From contig CAZKLP010000004.1 of NCBI GenBank assembly GCA_964553885.1, positions 1 through 36,723 on the forward strand: 36,723 bases of DNA, read 5' to 3'. The DNA comes from an uncultured Candidatus Saccharibacteria bacterium. GTDB lineage: Bacteria > Patescibacteriota > Minisyncoccia > UBA10092. Of this stretch, positions 23,989-32,520 are shown one piece after another. Every line of letters starts with the position of its first letter. Positions within the stretch are counted from its first letter, which is position 1. The position numbers and the translations under genes are program-made. The notes under the pieces are model-generated. The model ran no database searches. It was given only the letters and a program-made list of their open reading frames with translations, and had not been told where the DNA came from.

Positions 23989-24431
23989 ACTATCCCCTTT
24001 CTTCCTTTGGATAACACCACTTCGTATCCTCCTTCTCCTTCCCATAACGCAAAACGAATCCAGATATTATTTTCTTTCTCTCTTGCCCATATATTTGGTT
24101 TGCAAATGCTTTTTGAATTGTAGAAAAGCGAAACGCAAAAAATTCCTTGTTCTATGTAATGAAGTATGGTTTTGCCGGTATCAACGATATCTTCCGCAAT
24201 AATGCTGCGCTTTGTCGGCGCTAGAAGCAGAGGTAGATCCAAGCGATAATGCAAACATACGGCGAAAACTGTTCCTCCGGCCGGGATACCGTAAACACCG
24301 TCAAAATAATAACCTAAAATAGGCACTATATTTTCCGGCTTTAATTTTTCAACAATTATGGGCAGATCTTCAAAAAAATCTTCAATTTCATAAACAACTT
24401 CCGCCACTCCGTTGTGAAAGCTTTCGTACAT
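23961..24431 (-). CDS. Purine phosphoribosyltransferase (Gpt/Hpt-like)
   Basis: PRPP loop SIIAEDIVDTGKTI and a C-terminal WIRFALWE resembling the Gpt WI.FPWE. GAGGAG SD. Overlaps guaB by 28 nt. Confidence 0.7.
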   Translation of the reverse strand: MYESFHNGVAEVVYEIEDFFEDLPIIVEKLKPENIVPILGYYFDGVYGIPAGGTVFAVCLHYRLDLPLLLAPTKRSIIAEDIVDTGKTILHYIEQGIFCVSLFYNSKSICKPNIWAREKENNIWIRFALWEGEGGYEVVLSKGRKGIVCPIGVTNS

Positions 24432-24474
24432 TTTCTCTCCTCATTTTTTAAAGATCTAAATTTAGAATTTAATA

Positions 24475-24502
24475 ACTATACCAAAAAATAAACTTTTTGC
24501 AA
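24475..24502 (-). promoter_or_regulatory. Possible promoter of the PRTase-guaB operon
   Basis: Minus strand reads TTGCAA, a 16-nt spacer, TATAGT, followed by a ~37-nt leader with GAGGAG. Confidence 0.4.
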
Positions 24503-24531
24503 TTTTTATAACTTTTACAATTTTTATAATT

Positions 24532-24555
24532 TTACCACTTAATTTCCGATCGGTT
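24532..24555. repeat. Left 24-bp inverted repeat (site C), CGATCG-containing
   Basis: ttaccacttaatttccgatcggtt is the exact reverse complement of 25265-25288. It is also part of a local imperfect palindrome. Confidence 0.9.
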
Positions 24556-24656
24556 ATTAAGTTGTTAAAAATTAAAATATACAATTAAAAGAAAAAGTGT
24601 AGTTTAAAAAATTAAAAAATTATTAGAGTACTTGCAATAAAAAATGTTCACGGTAC

Positions 24657-25190
24657 TTACAATAAATGGAATTTATTTTTAAGATCTAAATCAATATCCG
24701 TGTTTTTAACTCGCAAAAATCTGACATACGGCGAGAGATTGAAAATTTCAATTATAAAATCAATTTCATTTTTGCATTCGTAGGGATGAATAAATACGCT
24801 TTTTTGCACAGGATAAAATCCGAGTTCTTTTAATTTTTCAACCAACGCCACCCGTCCCCGTCTTTCATCTTCTGGAATATCAAAAATAACCAAGCGCCAA
24901 ATGCCGTCCCATATTATCGGTCTTTTTATCCGAATTTTGTCTAAATCATACTTTAAAATTCTCTTCTTCCCGCTGTCTGTTAAAATAATATTTACCGTTC
25001 CATCGCTACTTTCTTTGTAATCCACCATCTTTGACCGATACAATTCCCTTATCGCCCGTTTTAAATTTCTTTCATTGATTTTTTTTCACTCCTTGACCAT
25101 GCTTTTAACAATTCTAAAATAATGATCCGGCCTTCTTGTTAAACTCAAAGAAGCTCCTCCTATTAAGAGGAGCATAACTTTTTTAGACAT
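24657..25190 (-). pseudogene. PaaX/Cas2-like paralog 2, interrupted by an in-frame TGA
   Basis: The track ORF 24657..25043 (WDGIWRLVIFDIPEDERRGRVALVEKLKELGFYPVQKSVFIHPYE) continues upstream in frame as MSKKVMLLLIGGASLSLTRRPDHYFRIVKSMVKE-TGA-KKINERNLKRAIRELYRSK. The TGA is the complement of 25086-25088. Confidence 0.7.
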
Positions 25191-25237
25191 TGATCCCATC
25201 CGTTCCATATCTATAATTGTTTCGTATTTATAAAAAT

Positions 25238-25266
25238 AGTATATTTCAAAAATTACCACTTTGCAA
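25238..25266 (-). promoter_or_regulatory. Promoter of paralog 2, overlapped by palindrome site D
   Basis: Minus strand reads TTGCAA (25261-25266), a 17-nt spacer, TATACT (25238-25243). Confidence 0.5.
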
Positions 25267-25479
25267 CCGATCGGAAATTAAGTGGTAAATTACAAATATA
25301 ATAGAATTATTTTTAGTGAAAAGTTTGAAACGTTTTTGTATACGATAGGCATGCGCAAATCTTCTAAGCCATGTTCCTGTCGCATCGGAAGAAAGCGCCC
25401 AAATTAAATCCTGGTGTTGAACAAAAATTAACCGAAGAAGCTCTCGCAACAGCGCATTAGTCTTTTGCAGTTCGGTCAT
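25246..25479 (-). CDS. Doubtful small ORF (77 aa from the ATG at 25479)
   Basis: Only ORF evidence. The 3' end runs through palindrome site D. No recognisable family. Confidence 0.2.
   Translation of the reverse strand: MTELQKTNALLRELLRLIFVQHQDLIWALSSDATGTWLRRFAHAYRIQKRFKLFTKNNSIIFVIYHLISDRLQSGNF
25253..25288. repeat. Right inverted repeat / imperfect palindrome (site D), CGATCG-centred
   Basis: ttaccactttgcaaccgatcggaaattaagtggtaa. Its last 24 nt are the reverse complement of 24532-24555. Confidence 0.9.
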
Positions 25480-25552
25480 CAGATATCCCCCATTAGTATA
25501 TTTATTGAAAGAATAATAATTGTAATCAATCACATCAAACGCAATTAAATTG

Positions 25553-26332
25553 TCAAATCGTTTTTTGATGTTTCTTTCGCCATTCCTCCCGCCCATTATG
25601 GGCGAGGCTCGACTGGCGAGCTTCTCGCCAGGCGGCTATTTTTTTATGATTCCCGGAAAGAAGAACTTTTGGAACGGCGTATTTTTTATCGCGCTTGCCC
25701 CGCCCTGGCGATGACCATTTGAAAACTTCCGGACGGGTGTAAACCGGAACGCCAACTCCAAATCGCTTTTCTTCAAGCGATTCGTTTTTTCCCAAAACAC
25801 CGGTAATATGACGCGATACCGCGTCAATAACAACCATCGCCGGAAGTTCGCCTCCGGTAAGAACATATGGACCTATGGATATTTCACCAAAATTAAAACC
25901 TAAATTCTGAATAATTTTTTTAATCCTGTCATCAACTCCTTCGTAGTGGCCGGCAATCATTATTATATGATCATATTTTTTTGAGAGTTCTGTGGCCATT
26001 TTTGAATCAAATTGCTTTCCGGCCACTGAAAACAGCACAACCTTAATTCCTGCGGCCGCAGGAATTAAGGTTTGATTAGTTTTTCTTTTTAAATTATTTT
26101 TTCGTTTTAAAATTGAATAGAGCGCTTTTGCAAGCGGCTCGATTTTGAAAACCATCCCCGGACCGCCGCCGAAGGGTTTATCATCAACTTTATTGTGTTT
26201 ATCGGTTGAAAATTTTCTTAAATCAATAATATTTATATTTATCTTCCCGTTTTTTTGGGCGCGCCGAATTATACTCTCATTTAAATAAGATTCAAAAATT
26301 TTTGGGAAAATTGTTATAACGTCAAATTTCAT
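25553..26332 (-). CDS. trmD: tRNA (guanine37-N1)-methyltransferase TrmD
   Basis: MKFDVITIFPKIFESYL, DDKPFGGGPGMV, LTGGELPAMVVIDAV. Has an extra segment between the conserved blocks. Confidence 0.93.
   Translation of the reverse strand: MKFDVITIFPKIFESYLNESIIRRAQKNGKININIIDLRKFSTDKHNKVDDKPFGGGPGMVFKIEPLAKALYSILKRKNNLKRKTNQTLIPAAAGIKVVLFSVAGKQFDSKMATELSKKYDHIIMIAGHYEGVDDRIKKIIQNLGFNFGEISIGPYVLTGGELPAMVVIDAVSRHITGVLGKNESLEEKRFGVGVPVYTRPEVFKWSSPGRGKRDKKYAVPKVLLSGNHKKIAAWREARQSSLAHNGREEWRKKHQKTI
26039..26072. repeat. 34-bp perfect palindrome inside trmD (NotI-site centre)
   Basis: aaccttaattcctgcgg|ccgcaggaattaaggtt, translated as TLIPAAAGIKV in the trmD extra segment. Confidence 0.9.
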
Positions 26333-26377
26333 GGGTTATAACCAAATAATAATGAATTTTAGGAAAATTTAAAAGCC

Positions 26378-27457
26378 CTATTGCGTTAGGGCCTTTCTAT
26401 TATAGTTACTTCCGGCATTCCACAGCATAAAACCGGTAATACCAAGATCTTTCGATGCCCTAATCTGAGCCTTCACTTCTTGCGGACCATAGTAAACAAC
26501 CGGGCCACAGCTGTAAATATTGGTAATGCTAAAATCCTGAATCCACGGCCTAACTTCTATTTTAAATCCTGCCACATGAAGCCTTTTAAGACCGAGTTCA
26601 AGGGTTTTGCTGTAAACAATATACGGGTGGGCGTTTGGATCTCTAAGCCCGAATTCTCCGCATTTGTAATGCGACGGATAAGCCATTGGGCTTATCACGT
26701 CAAAGAATTCGGCGATATCAGAAAGTTTTTGTCCAATACCGGGTTCTGACCCGTTAGCAAATACCTCGCCGAAAATATCTACGGACAGAATAACGTTGAC
26801 ATTATTTTTGGCAGCGTAATTTTTAAGCTCCTTATTAAGAGTGGAAAAAACTCGCCGCATTACCTGATACCGATCTTTTCCGTCCCAAACTGGATACAAA
26901 ATATTATTTTTCAGATTACAATTGCCAAGATCGGATGGAAATCTTATGTAATCAAAGTTTATTTCATCAAGACCCATGTCAATTCCGGTCTTGGCAATTC
27001 CAATATTGTAATCAATAACTTCATCCGAAGCCATATCAACCCAATACCTTTGCCAAGCTTTTCTGCCTGAAAAACACATGTCATCGTTTTTATTTCTTAT
27101 GGCGAGATACGGCCGTGTTTTGGCAAGATATGAATCCTGAAACATAACCAAGCGTCCAATAACATAAATTCCTTTTTGGTGAAAGCGAGTGATCAGATTT
27201 TTAACGTATTGATTAACCTGGGGTTTATCCACCTTAAAATCAATAACAACGGCGTTTAATTCCGTGCCGTCAAAAAGCGAAAAAATATATTCAATTTTCG
27301 AAGAGTTATAAAGATGGTCGGCGCTAATATATACCGCTTTAATTTTACCGGACTGAAATACCGATTCAGAAATAGCATCAGTCGACTTTAACAAAAAAGC
27401 CTGAATTAAAAAAAAACTGCTTAACGAAAATAGTAAAATTCCTGCCAGGCGCTTCAC
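26378..27457 (-). CDS. Secreted or anchored TIM-barrel glycoside-hydrolase-like protein (DUF4015-like, tentative)
   Basis: N-terminal signal or anchor, then LNAVVIDFK and INFDYIRFP segments that I recall from putative glycosyl hydrolase-like families. GTG start. Confidence 0.5.
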   Translation of the reverse strand: MKRLAGILLFSLSSFFLIQAFLLKSTDAISESVFQSGKIKAVYISADHLYNSSKIEYIFSLFDGTELNAVVIDFKVDKPQVNQYVKNLITRFHQKGIYVIGRLVMFQDSYLAKTRPYLAIRNKNDDMCFSGRKAWQRYWVDMASDEVIDYNIGIAKTGIDMGLDEINFDYIRFPSDLGNCNLKNNILYPVWDGKDRYQVMRRVFSTLNKELKNYAAKNNVNVILSVDIFGEVFANGSEPGIGQKLSDIAEFFDVISPMAYPSHYKCGEFGLRDPNAHPYIVYSKTLELGLKRLHVAGFKIEVRPWIQDFSITNIYSCGPVVYYGPQEVKAQIRASKDLGITGFMLWNAGSNYNRKALTQ

Positions 27458-27527
27458 CGGTTTTACCTCTTATTTTAAAGATCAATAAAAAATAATTGTA
27501 AATCTAATAAATTGAAATAGCAAAAAT

Positions 27528-27557
27528 AAAACCGACCTGCAATTGCGGGTCGGTTTT
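27528..27557 (-). terminator. Rho-independent terminator after the KH-protein gene
   Basis: accgacctgc-aatt-gcgggtcggt with flanking A and T runs. Confidence 0.75.
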
Positions 27558-27570
27558 ATTTTTTCATGGA

Positions 27571-27897
27571 TTAAAGCTGCTTCAAATCTTCCACAACTTC
27601 ATCCATCATATTTCTGGGTCTTTCCCTTTGGGGACGAGGCGCGGCGCCTTCCGGCTCTTCTATCTTTAAGTTAACGCGCGCGTTGTGGCGAGCGCCAACT
27701 ATGCGAAGAAGAGTCCGAAGAGCTTTCGCGGTAGAACCCTGTCGTCCAATGAGCATGCCCATATCTTCTTGATGAACCCTTAGGTCTAACAGAACCCCCA
27801 TCTCGTCAACCTTGCGCTCAACTTTGACATCGTCGGGATGATCAACAATTGACTTTACAAGGTATTCAAGAAATTCCTGATCAACTGGTTTAGCCAT
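27571..27897 (-). CDS. KH-domain RNA-binding protein (YlqC/UPF0109 type)
   Basis: LVKSIVDHPDDVKVE..LIGRQGSTAKALRTLLRIVG. Has an Arg/Pro-rich C-terminal extension. Confidence 0.88.
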   Translation of the reverse strand: MAKPVDQEFLEYLVKSIVDHPDDVKVERKVDEMGVLLDLRVHQEDMGMLIGRQGSTAKALRTLLRIVGARHNARVNLKIEEPEGAAPRPQRERPRNMMDEVVEDLKQL

Positions 27898-27984
27898 TTC
27901 TTTTCTAGTAAATACTGATTAAAGTTTTAGTAGGTCGACCTATCTACTAATTTCTGATTAGTATAGCAAACGCGGGATGTTTTG

Positions 27985-28278
27985 TCAACTAATAACCGCT
28001 TCTTTAATATTTTTAGCTTTTTTATGAACCGGGATTTTTTTTCCGGAAATTACGCCCTGTGAAATTAAAAGATTGTGAACTGTCGCCGATGGCTGGGCGC
28101 CTTTAGAAATCCAATATAAAATTCTGTCTTTATTTAAACTAATCGCTTTCGTTTTGCGATTGACGTTGCCTAAGAGTTCCAAATATTTCCGCTTGGCGGC
28201 AGCGGTTTTTTGTGTAACCACAACCCTAAAAGTCGCGGTATGAATTTTCCCAACTTTTTGCAAGCGTATTACAAGCAT
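27985..28278 (-). CDS. rpsP: 30S ribosomal protein S16
   Basis: MLVIRLQKVGKIHTATFRVVV. Confidence 0.95.
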   Translation of the reverse strand: MLVIRLQKVGKIHTATFRVVVTQKTAAAKRKYLELLGNVNRKTKAISLNKDRILYWISKGAQPSATVHNLLISQGVISGKKIPVHKKAKNIKEAVIS

Positions 28279-28282
28279 AGTT

Positions 28283-29923
28283 TTACATTCCCATATCGCC
28301 TATACCGGGCATTCCTCCGGCTGGTGGGTTATTTTTTTCAGGGCTGTCGGCAACCAGCGTCTCGCTCGTCAGAAGCATTGAAGCGATTGAAGCGGCATTT
28401 TGCAAAGCGGTTCTGGTTACCTTTAAGGGGTCGATGACTCCATCTTTAATTAAATCGCTATACTCTCCGGTAACAGCATTAAAACCAATGCCTTTTTCTT
28501 TAGCGCTTACCATTTGAATCACTTCGTTATCATCTTTATTTGAATTTCTCGCGATAACCCTCATCGGCGACTCAAGTGCGTTTAATACCAAATTAATACC
28601 CTTGGCTTCATCGCCGAATTCAGCGGCATTCGCAGAAATTTTAAGATTTTTTATTTCTCTAGCCGCTTCAAAAAGCGCCACGCCGCCGCCGGCGACAATC
28701 CCTTCCTCAATCGCCGCTTTTGTGGCAGAAACTGCGTCTTCAATTCTAAACTTTTTTTCTTTCATCTCCGTTTCGGTTGCCGCCCCGACTTTTATAACCG
28801 CGACACCTCCGGAAAGTTTCGCTAGCCGCTCCTGCAGTTTTTCCCGGTCAAACTCCGATTCGGTTTTTTCAAGCTGGATTTTTATTTGTTTCATTCTCTT
28901 CTCTATTTCCGATTTAGAGCCGCCGCCACCGACAATGGTGGTATTATCTTTACCAGCAACCACTCTTTTGGCTTCTCCCAAAAAATTTAGCTCAATGTTT
29001 TCAAGCTTCATTCCTTTATCTTCCGAAATAACATCTCCATTAACCACCGCCGCAATGTCTTCCAAAAGTTCTTTTCTTCTATCTCCAAATCCGGGTGCCT
29101 TAACCGCCAAAACATTAAATACGCCCCTAAGTTTATTAACAACCAAAGTCGCAAGCGCCTCTCCTTCAATTTCATCAGCGATAATAACCAAATTTTTACT
29201 TCCGGACTTTACTACTTTTTCCAATAAAGGCATTATTTCAGCAAGCGATGATACTTTTTTATCGGTAATTAAAATATATGGTTTTTCCATGACCGATTCC
29301 ATCCGTTCGGCATCGGTTACCATATAGGCGCTGACGTATCCTTTGTCAAATTGAAGGCCCTCAACCAATTCATAAGCGATGCCCATTGTTTGCCCCTCTT
29401 CAACGGTAACCACGCCTTCTTTGCCAACCTTATTTATCACTTCAGCGATAAGCGATCCTATTTCTTCATCATTAGCGGAAATCGCCGCCACGTCTTTTAT
29501 TTTTTCTTTAGTTACCGGTTTGGAATTTTTTTTCAAAATTTCGGAAACCCTGGCAACCGCTTTGTCCATTCCGCGTTTTAAAACCATCGGGTTGGCGCCG
29601 GAATTTATAAGGTTTATTCCTTCGGCAATCATCGCCTGCGCCAAAACAACGGCCGTAGTAGTGCCATCGCCGGCAATATCGTTGGTTTTTGAAGCCGCTT
29701 CTTTAACCAGTTCGGCGCCGATATTTTCAAATTTATCTTTGAGTTCAATCTCTTTAGCGATGGTTACGCCATCGTTAGTGATTACTGGCGCCCCGAATCC
29801 CTTGTCTAAAATCACGTTGCGACCGCGAGGGCCAAGCGTAATTTTTACCGCGTTAGCCAACAGGTCAACGCCTTTTTTTATGGATTCTCTGGCGGAAACG
29901 CCGCTGATTATTTGCTTAGGCAT
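28283..29923 (-). CDS. groEL: Chaperonin GroEL
   Basis: Full-length Cpn60: [27 protein letters not shown], and a GGM-type tail. Confidence 0.98.
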   Translation of the reverse strand: MPKQIISGVSARESIKKGVDLLANAVKITLGPRGRNVILDKGFGAPVITNDGVTIAKEIELKDKFENIGAELVKEAASKTNDIAGDGTTTAVVLAQAMIAEGINLINSGANPMVLKRGMDKAVARVSEILKKNSKPVTKEKIKDVAAISANDEEIGSLIAEVINKVGKEGVVTVEEGQTMGIAYELVEGLQFDKGYVSAYMVTDAERMESVMEKPYILITDKKVSSLAEIMPLLEKVVKSGSKNLVIIADEIEGEALATLVVNKLRGVFNVLAVKAPGFGDRRKELLEDIAAVVNGDVISEDKGMKLENIELNFLGEAKRVVAGKDNTTIVGGGGSKSEIEKRMKQIKIQLEKTESEFDREKLQERLAKLSGGVAVIKVGAATETEMKEKKFRIEDAVSATKAAIEEGIVAGGGVALFEAAREIKNLKISANAAEFGDEAKGINLVLNALESPMRVIARNSNKDDNEVIQMVSAKEKGIGFNAVTGEYSDLIKDGVIDPLKVTRTALQNAASIASMLLTSETLVADSPEKNNPPAGGMPGIGDMGM

Positions 29924-29927
29924 ATAT

Positions 29928-30215
29928 TTATTCTAAAATTGCGAGGATCTCTTCCTCTTTTAAAATTTTATAATCAACACCGCCGATTTTAAATTCGGTG
30001 CCGCTGTATTTTTCATAAACCACTTCGTCGCCCTTTTTAACGCCGGATTTTTTTATTTTTTCACCCGCTCCAACCGCCACCACCCGGCCCTGGGCCGGTT
30101 TTTCCTTATCTACCGTTTCCGGCAAAATAATGCCCGATTTGGTTTTTTCCGTTTCTTTTATCGGCGCGATAACCGCCCGATCACCTAAAGGTTTAATTGA
30201 TAATTGTCTTGCCAT
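29928..30215 (-). CDS. groES: Co-chaperonin GroES
   Basis: [27 protein letters not shown]. Confidence 0.97.
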   Translation of the reverse strand: MARQLSIKPLGDRAVIAPIKETEKTKSGIILPETVDKEKPAQGRVVAVGAGEKIKKSGVKKGDEVVYEKYSGTEFKIGGVDYKILKEEEILAILE

Positions 30216-30224
30216 AGACTTTAA

Positions 30225-30252
30225 AGTATAATGTAGTAAGAAAACTTGTCAA
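30225..30252 (-). promoter_or_regulatory. Promoter of groES-groEL; predicts a leaderless mRNA; no CIRCE
   Basis: Minus strand reads TTGACA (30247-30252), a 16-nt spacer, TATACT (30225-30230), then 9 nt to the ATG. Confidence 0.6.
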
Positions 30253-30260
30253 GTTTTTAA

Positions 30261-30617
30261 TTGTTTGATATTATGATTATACGCTTTTTGCTACACATTA
30301 TTGCTAACGCTGTGGCTGTTTTAGCTGCTAAGTGGCTGATACCGGGCGTTTCTTACGAATATGAACTTACCAGCTTAATAAAGATTGCTTTCATGCTGGC
30401 GGCGGCAAACGCTTTGCTTAAACCAGTATTGAAAATGATTTTTAGCCCCCTTATTCTCATCACGCTTGGACTTTTCACCTTAATTATAAATATTTTTCTG
30501 ATTTGGCTGGTCGCTTACTTCGCGCCAGAACTTTCCATTGCCGGACTCAACGCTTACTTTTGGACAATGATTACAGTCAGTTTTTTTAACTTATTTGTTT
30601 CGGCGATAAAAAATTAA
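30261..30617 (+). CDS. YvlD/DUF360-type (phage-holin-4-like) small membrane protein
   Basis: Four hydrophobic helices with ANALLKPVLKMIFSPLILITLGLFTLIIN. The start is TTG 30261 or ATG 30274. Confidence 0.6.
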   Translation: MFDIMIIRFLLHIIANAVAVLAAKWLIPGVSYEYELTSLIKIAFMLAAANALLKPVLKMIFSPLILITLGLFTLIINIFLIWLVAYFAPELSIAGLNAYFWTMITVSFFNLFVSAIKN

Positions 30618-30620
30618 TTT

Positions 30621-30836
30621 ATGTCCAACTACCTTCCGATAGCTCAAATAATTATTTCAACGCTTCTGATAATAGCTATTCTTCTTCAGGCGCGCGGTTC
30701 TGGCCTCTCATCAGTTTTCGGCGGCGAATCAACTTTTTATCACACCCGCCGGGGAATGGAAAGGATGATTTTTTGGGCAACAATTATTTTAGCGATTTTA
30801 TTCATAATTACCGGCATTGCCTCATTTTTACTTTAA
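30621..30836 (+). CDS. secG: Preprotein translocase subunit SecG
   Basis: Two TM helices with LLQARGSGLSSVFGG between them. Confidence 0.85.
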   Translation: MSNYLPIAQIIISTLLIIAILLQARGSGLSSVFGGESTFYHTRRGMERMIFWATIILAILFIITGIASFLL

Positions 30837-32520
30837 AATTAATTATTGGATAAGAATTTGGCGCTACCTTAATTTTAGAGAAAAGGTTTGGTTTGGCGTT
30901 TTTTCCATTGTTATTCTTTTTTCTATTTCTTTTTTGATTGGTAATTTTTATCGCAGCCAGACAGAAATAATGCCGGCCCAAGGCGGCACTTACGTTGAAG
31001 CGCTCTCGGAATCACCCCATAACTTCAATCCGATTTTATCAACAAACGACGCCGACAGAGACGTTTCCCGTTTGATATTTTCATCGCTTCTTAAATATAA
31101 CGAGCGCGGCGAGTTAGCGCTTGATCTAGCTTCAAGCTACGGTATTTCAAAAGACGGAAAAACCTACACCATAAAATTGAAAGAAGGAGTCAGCTGGCAC
31201 GATGGCGAGCCGTTTAACAGCGAAGATGTTGCTTTCACTATTAACGCGGTGCAAAACTCGGAATATGCCAGCCCGATACGAACCAGTTGGCAAGGAGTAA
31301 AAGTTGAGGCGCCAGATAAAAACACAATAATTCTTACCTTAAAAACGCCCTATGGCGCATTCGCTCAAAATTTGGCTTTGCTCGGCATATTGCCGAAGCA
31401 TATCTGGAAAATAGTAATACCTCAGAATTTCCCTTTAGCAGAATTTAATTTAAAACCGATTGGCACCGGTCCATATAAATTTAGCAAGCTCCAAAAAGAT
31501 TCGCTCGGCCGCATTGATTCGGTAAATTTATCCGCTAATGAAAACTATTTTGCCGGAGCTCCAAACATAAAAAATATAATTTTAAAATTTTATCTTTCCG
31601 AAGAAGAAGCGATGTCGGCTTTTAACCGGAAAGAAGTTGACGGCCTCTTGCTTCAAAATGCTCAAAACAAAAGTCAGATTCGCGGTCTTGATAATTCGCA
31701 ACTTTTTTCACTCCCCTCACTGCGGGTTTATGGATTATTTCTGAATACCGACCATAAATTACTTGGAGCGGAATATATAAGAAAGGCCGTAAACTACGCC
31801 ATAGACCGCGAGGAGATACTAAATAAGGTATTTTCAGGCGACGGTAAAATTGCCATTGGCCCGATTCCTCCCACACTCTCCGGTTCAAGCCCAAATCTTG
31901 TCGGATATTCTTTTGATCCTCAAAAAACAATTGAAATTTTAGAAAAAAATAAGTGGGTAAAAAACAATGCGGGAATTTATGAAAAAAAATTGGGGAAAGA
32001 CAAAGAACCAACGCCTCTAAAATTTACTATTATCACCACTAAATCGATCCAGCTTGCGGCGACTTTAATAAGGGATGATTTGAAAAATACCGGAATTGAC
32101 AGCGAACTAAAAATCGTTTCGCTCGGAGAACTCCAGCAAAGCTACATTAAAACGAAAAATTACGAAGTAATACTTATAGGAGAATCTTACACAACGGAAG
32201 CCGATCCTTACGTTTTTTGGCATGGCGCCGCCATAAAAGATCCGGGACTCAACCTTAGTTTATACAACAATAAAAAGGTCAATAAAATTTTAGAAGACGC
32301 GCGGCTGATTTCGGATCCGGTAAAGAGAGCTTTGAAACTGGAAGAATTTCAGAAATTAGTGTTAATTGACGCGCCGGCAGTTTTTCTGTATTCTCCAAAC
32401 TATATTTATGTCGTTAAAAATAACGTTAAAAATACAAATCTTTTGAAACTCAACGTTTCTTCGGCGCGTTTTTCAAAAATTAACGAATGGAACATAGAAA
32501 CGGAAAGGGTATGGCGATAG
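30817..32520 (+). CDS. ABC-transporter family-5 (peptide/nickel type) substrate-binding protein, membrane-anchored, orphan
   Basis: N-terminal TM anchor plus SBP_bac_5-like sequence (SWHDGEPFNSEDVAFT..GTGPYKF). No permease or ATPase gene nearby. TTG start. Confidence 0.8.
   Translation: MPHFYFKINYWIRIWRYLNFREKVWFGVFSIVILFSISFLIGNFYRSQTEIMPAQGGTYVEALSESPHNFNPILSTNDADRDVSRLIFSSLLKYNERGELALDLASSYGISKDGKTYTIKLKEGVSWHDGEPFNSEDVAFTINAVQNSEYASPIRTSWQGVKVEAPDKNTIILTLKTPYGAFAQNLALLGILPKHIWKIVIPQNFPLAEFNLKPIGTGPYKFSKLQKDSLGRIDSVNLSANENYFAGAPNIKNIILKFYLSEEEAMSAFNRKEVDGLLLQNAQNKSQIRGLDNSQLFSLPSLRVYGLFLNTDHKLLGAEYIRKAVNYAIDREEILNKVFSGDGKIAIGPIPPTLSGSSPNLVGYSFDPQKTIEILEKNKWVKNNAGIYEKKLGKDKEPTPLKFTIITTKSIQLAATLIRDDLKNTGIDSELKIVSLGELQQSYIKTKNYEVILIGESYTTEADPYVFWHGAAIKDPGLNLSLYNNKKVNKILEDARLISDPVKRALKLEEFQKLVLIDAPAVFLYSPNYIYVVKNNVKNTNLLKLNVSSARFSKINEWNIETERVWR

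Noticed and set aside
24453-24693. Small AT-rich direct repeats around paralog 2: aagatctaaat at 24453 and 24683, caatttttataa twice near 24500-24530, and gtacttgcaataaa/gtacttacaataaa near 24633-24671.
   Set aside because: They are short and low-complexity in a very AT-rich spacer. Chance recurrence is plausible and I see no consistent geometry.
25086-25088. In-frame TGA, considered as evidence for an alternative genetic code (TGA read as Trp or Gly).
   Set aside because: TGA terminates paralog 1 (3545), the 7150..7491 gene and rplJ at positions consistent with full-length products. No other conserved gene in the window has an internal TGA.
28602-29936. Long plus-strand ORFs (241 aa and 185 aa, Ser/Ala/Pro-rich) opposite groEL.
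   Set aside because: They are antisense shadow ORFs of a highly expressed, GC-richer gene. They have low-complexity composition, no start context and no recognisable family. The same reasoning applies to the antisense ORFs inside ddl (13038-13518), rsmH (15640-16353), guaB (22817-24202), the phosphorylase gene (8764-10039), the 782-aa gene (20201-22342), trpS and rnj.
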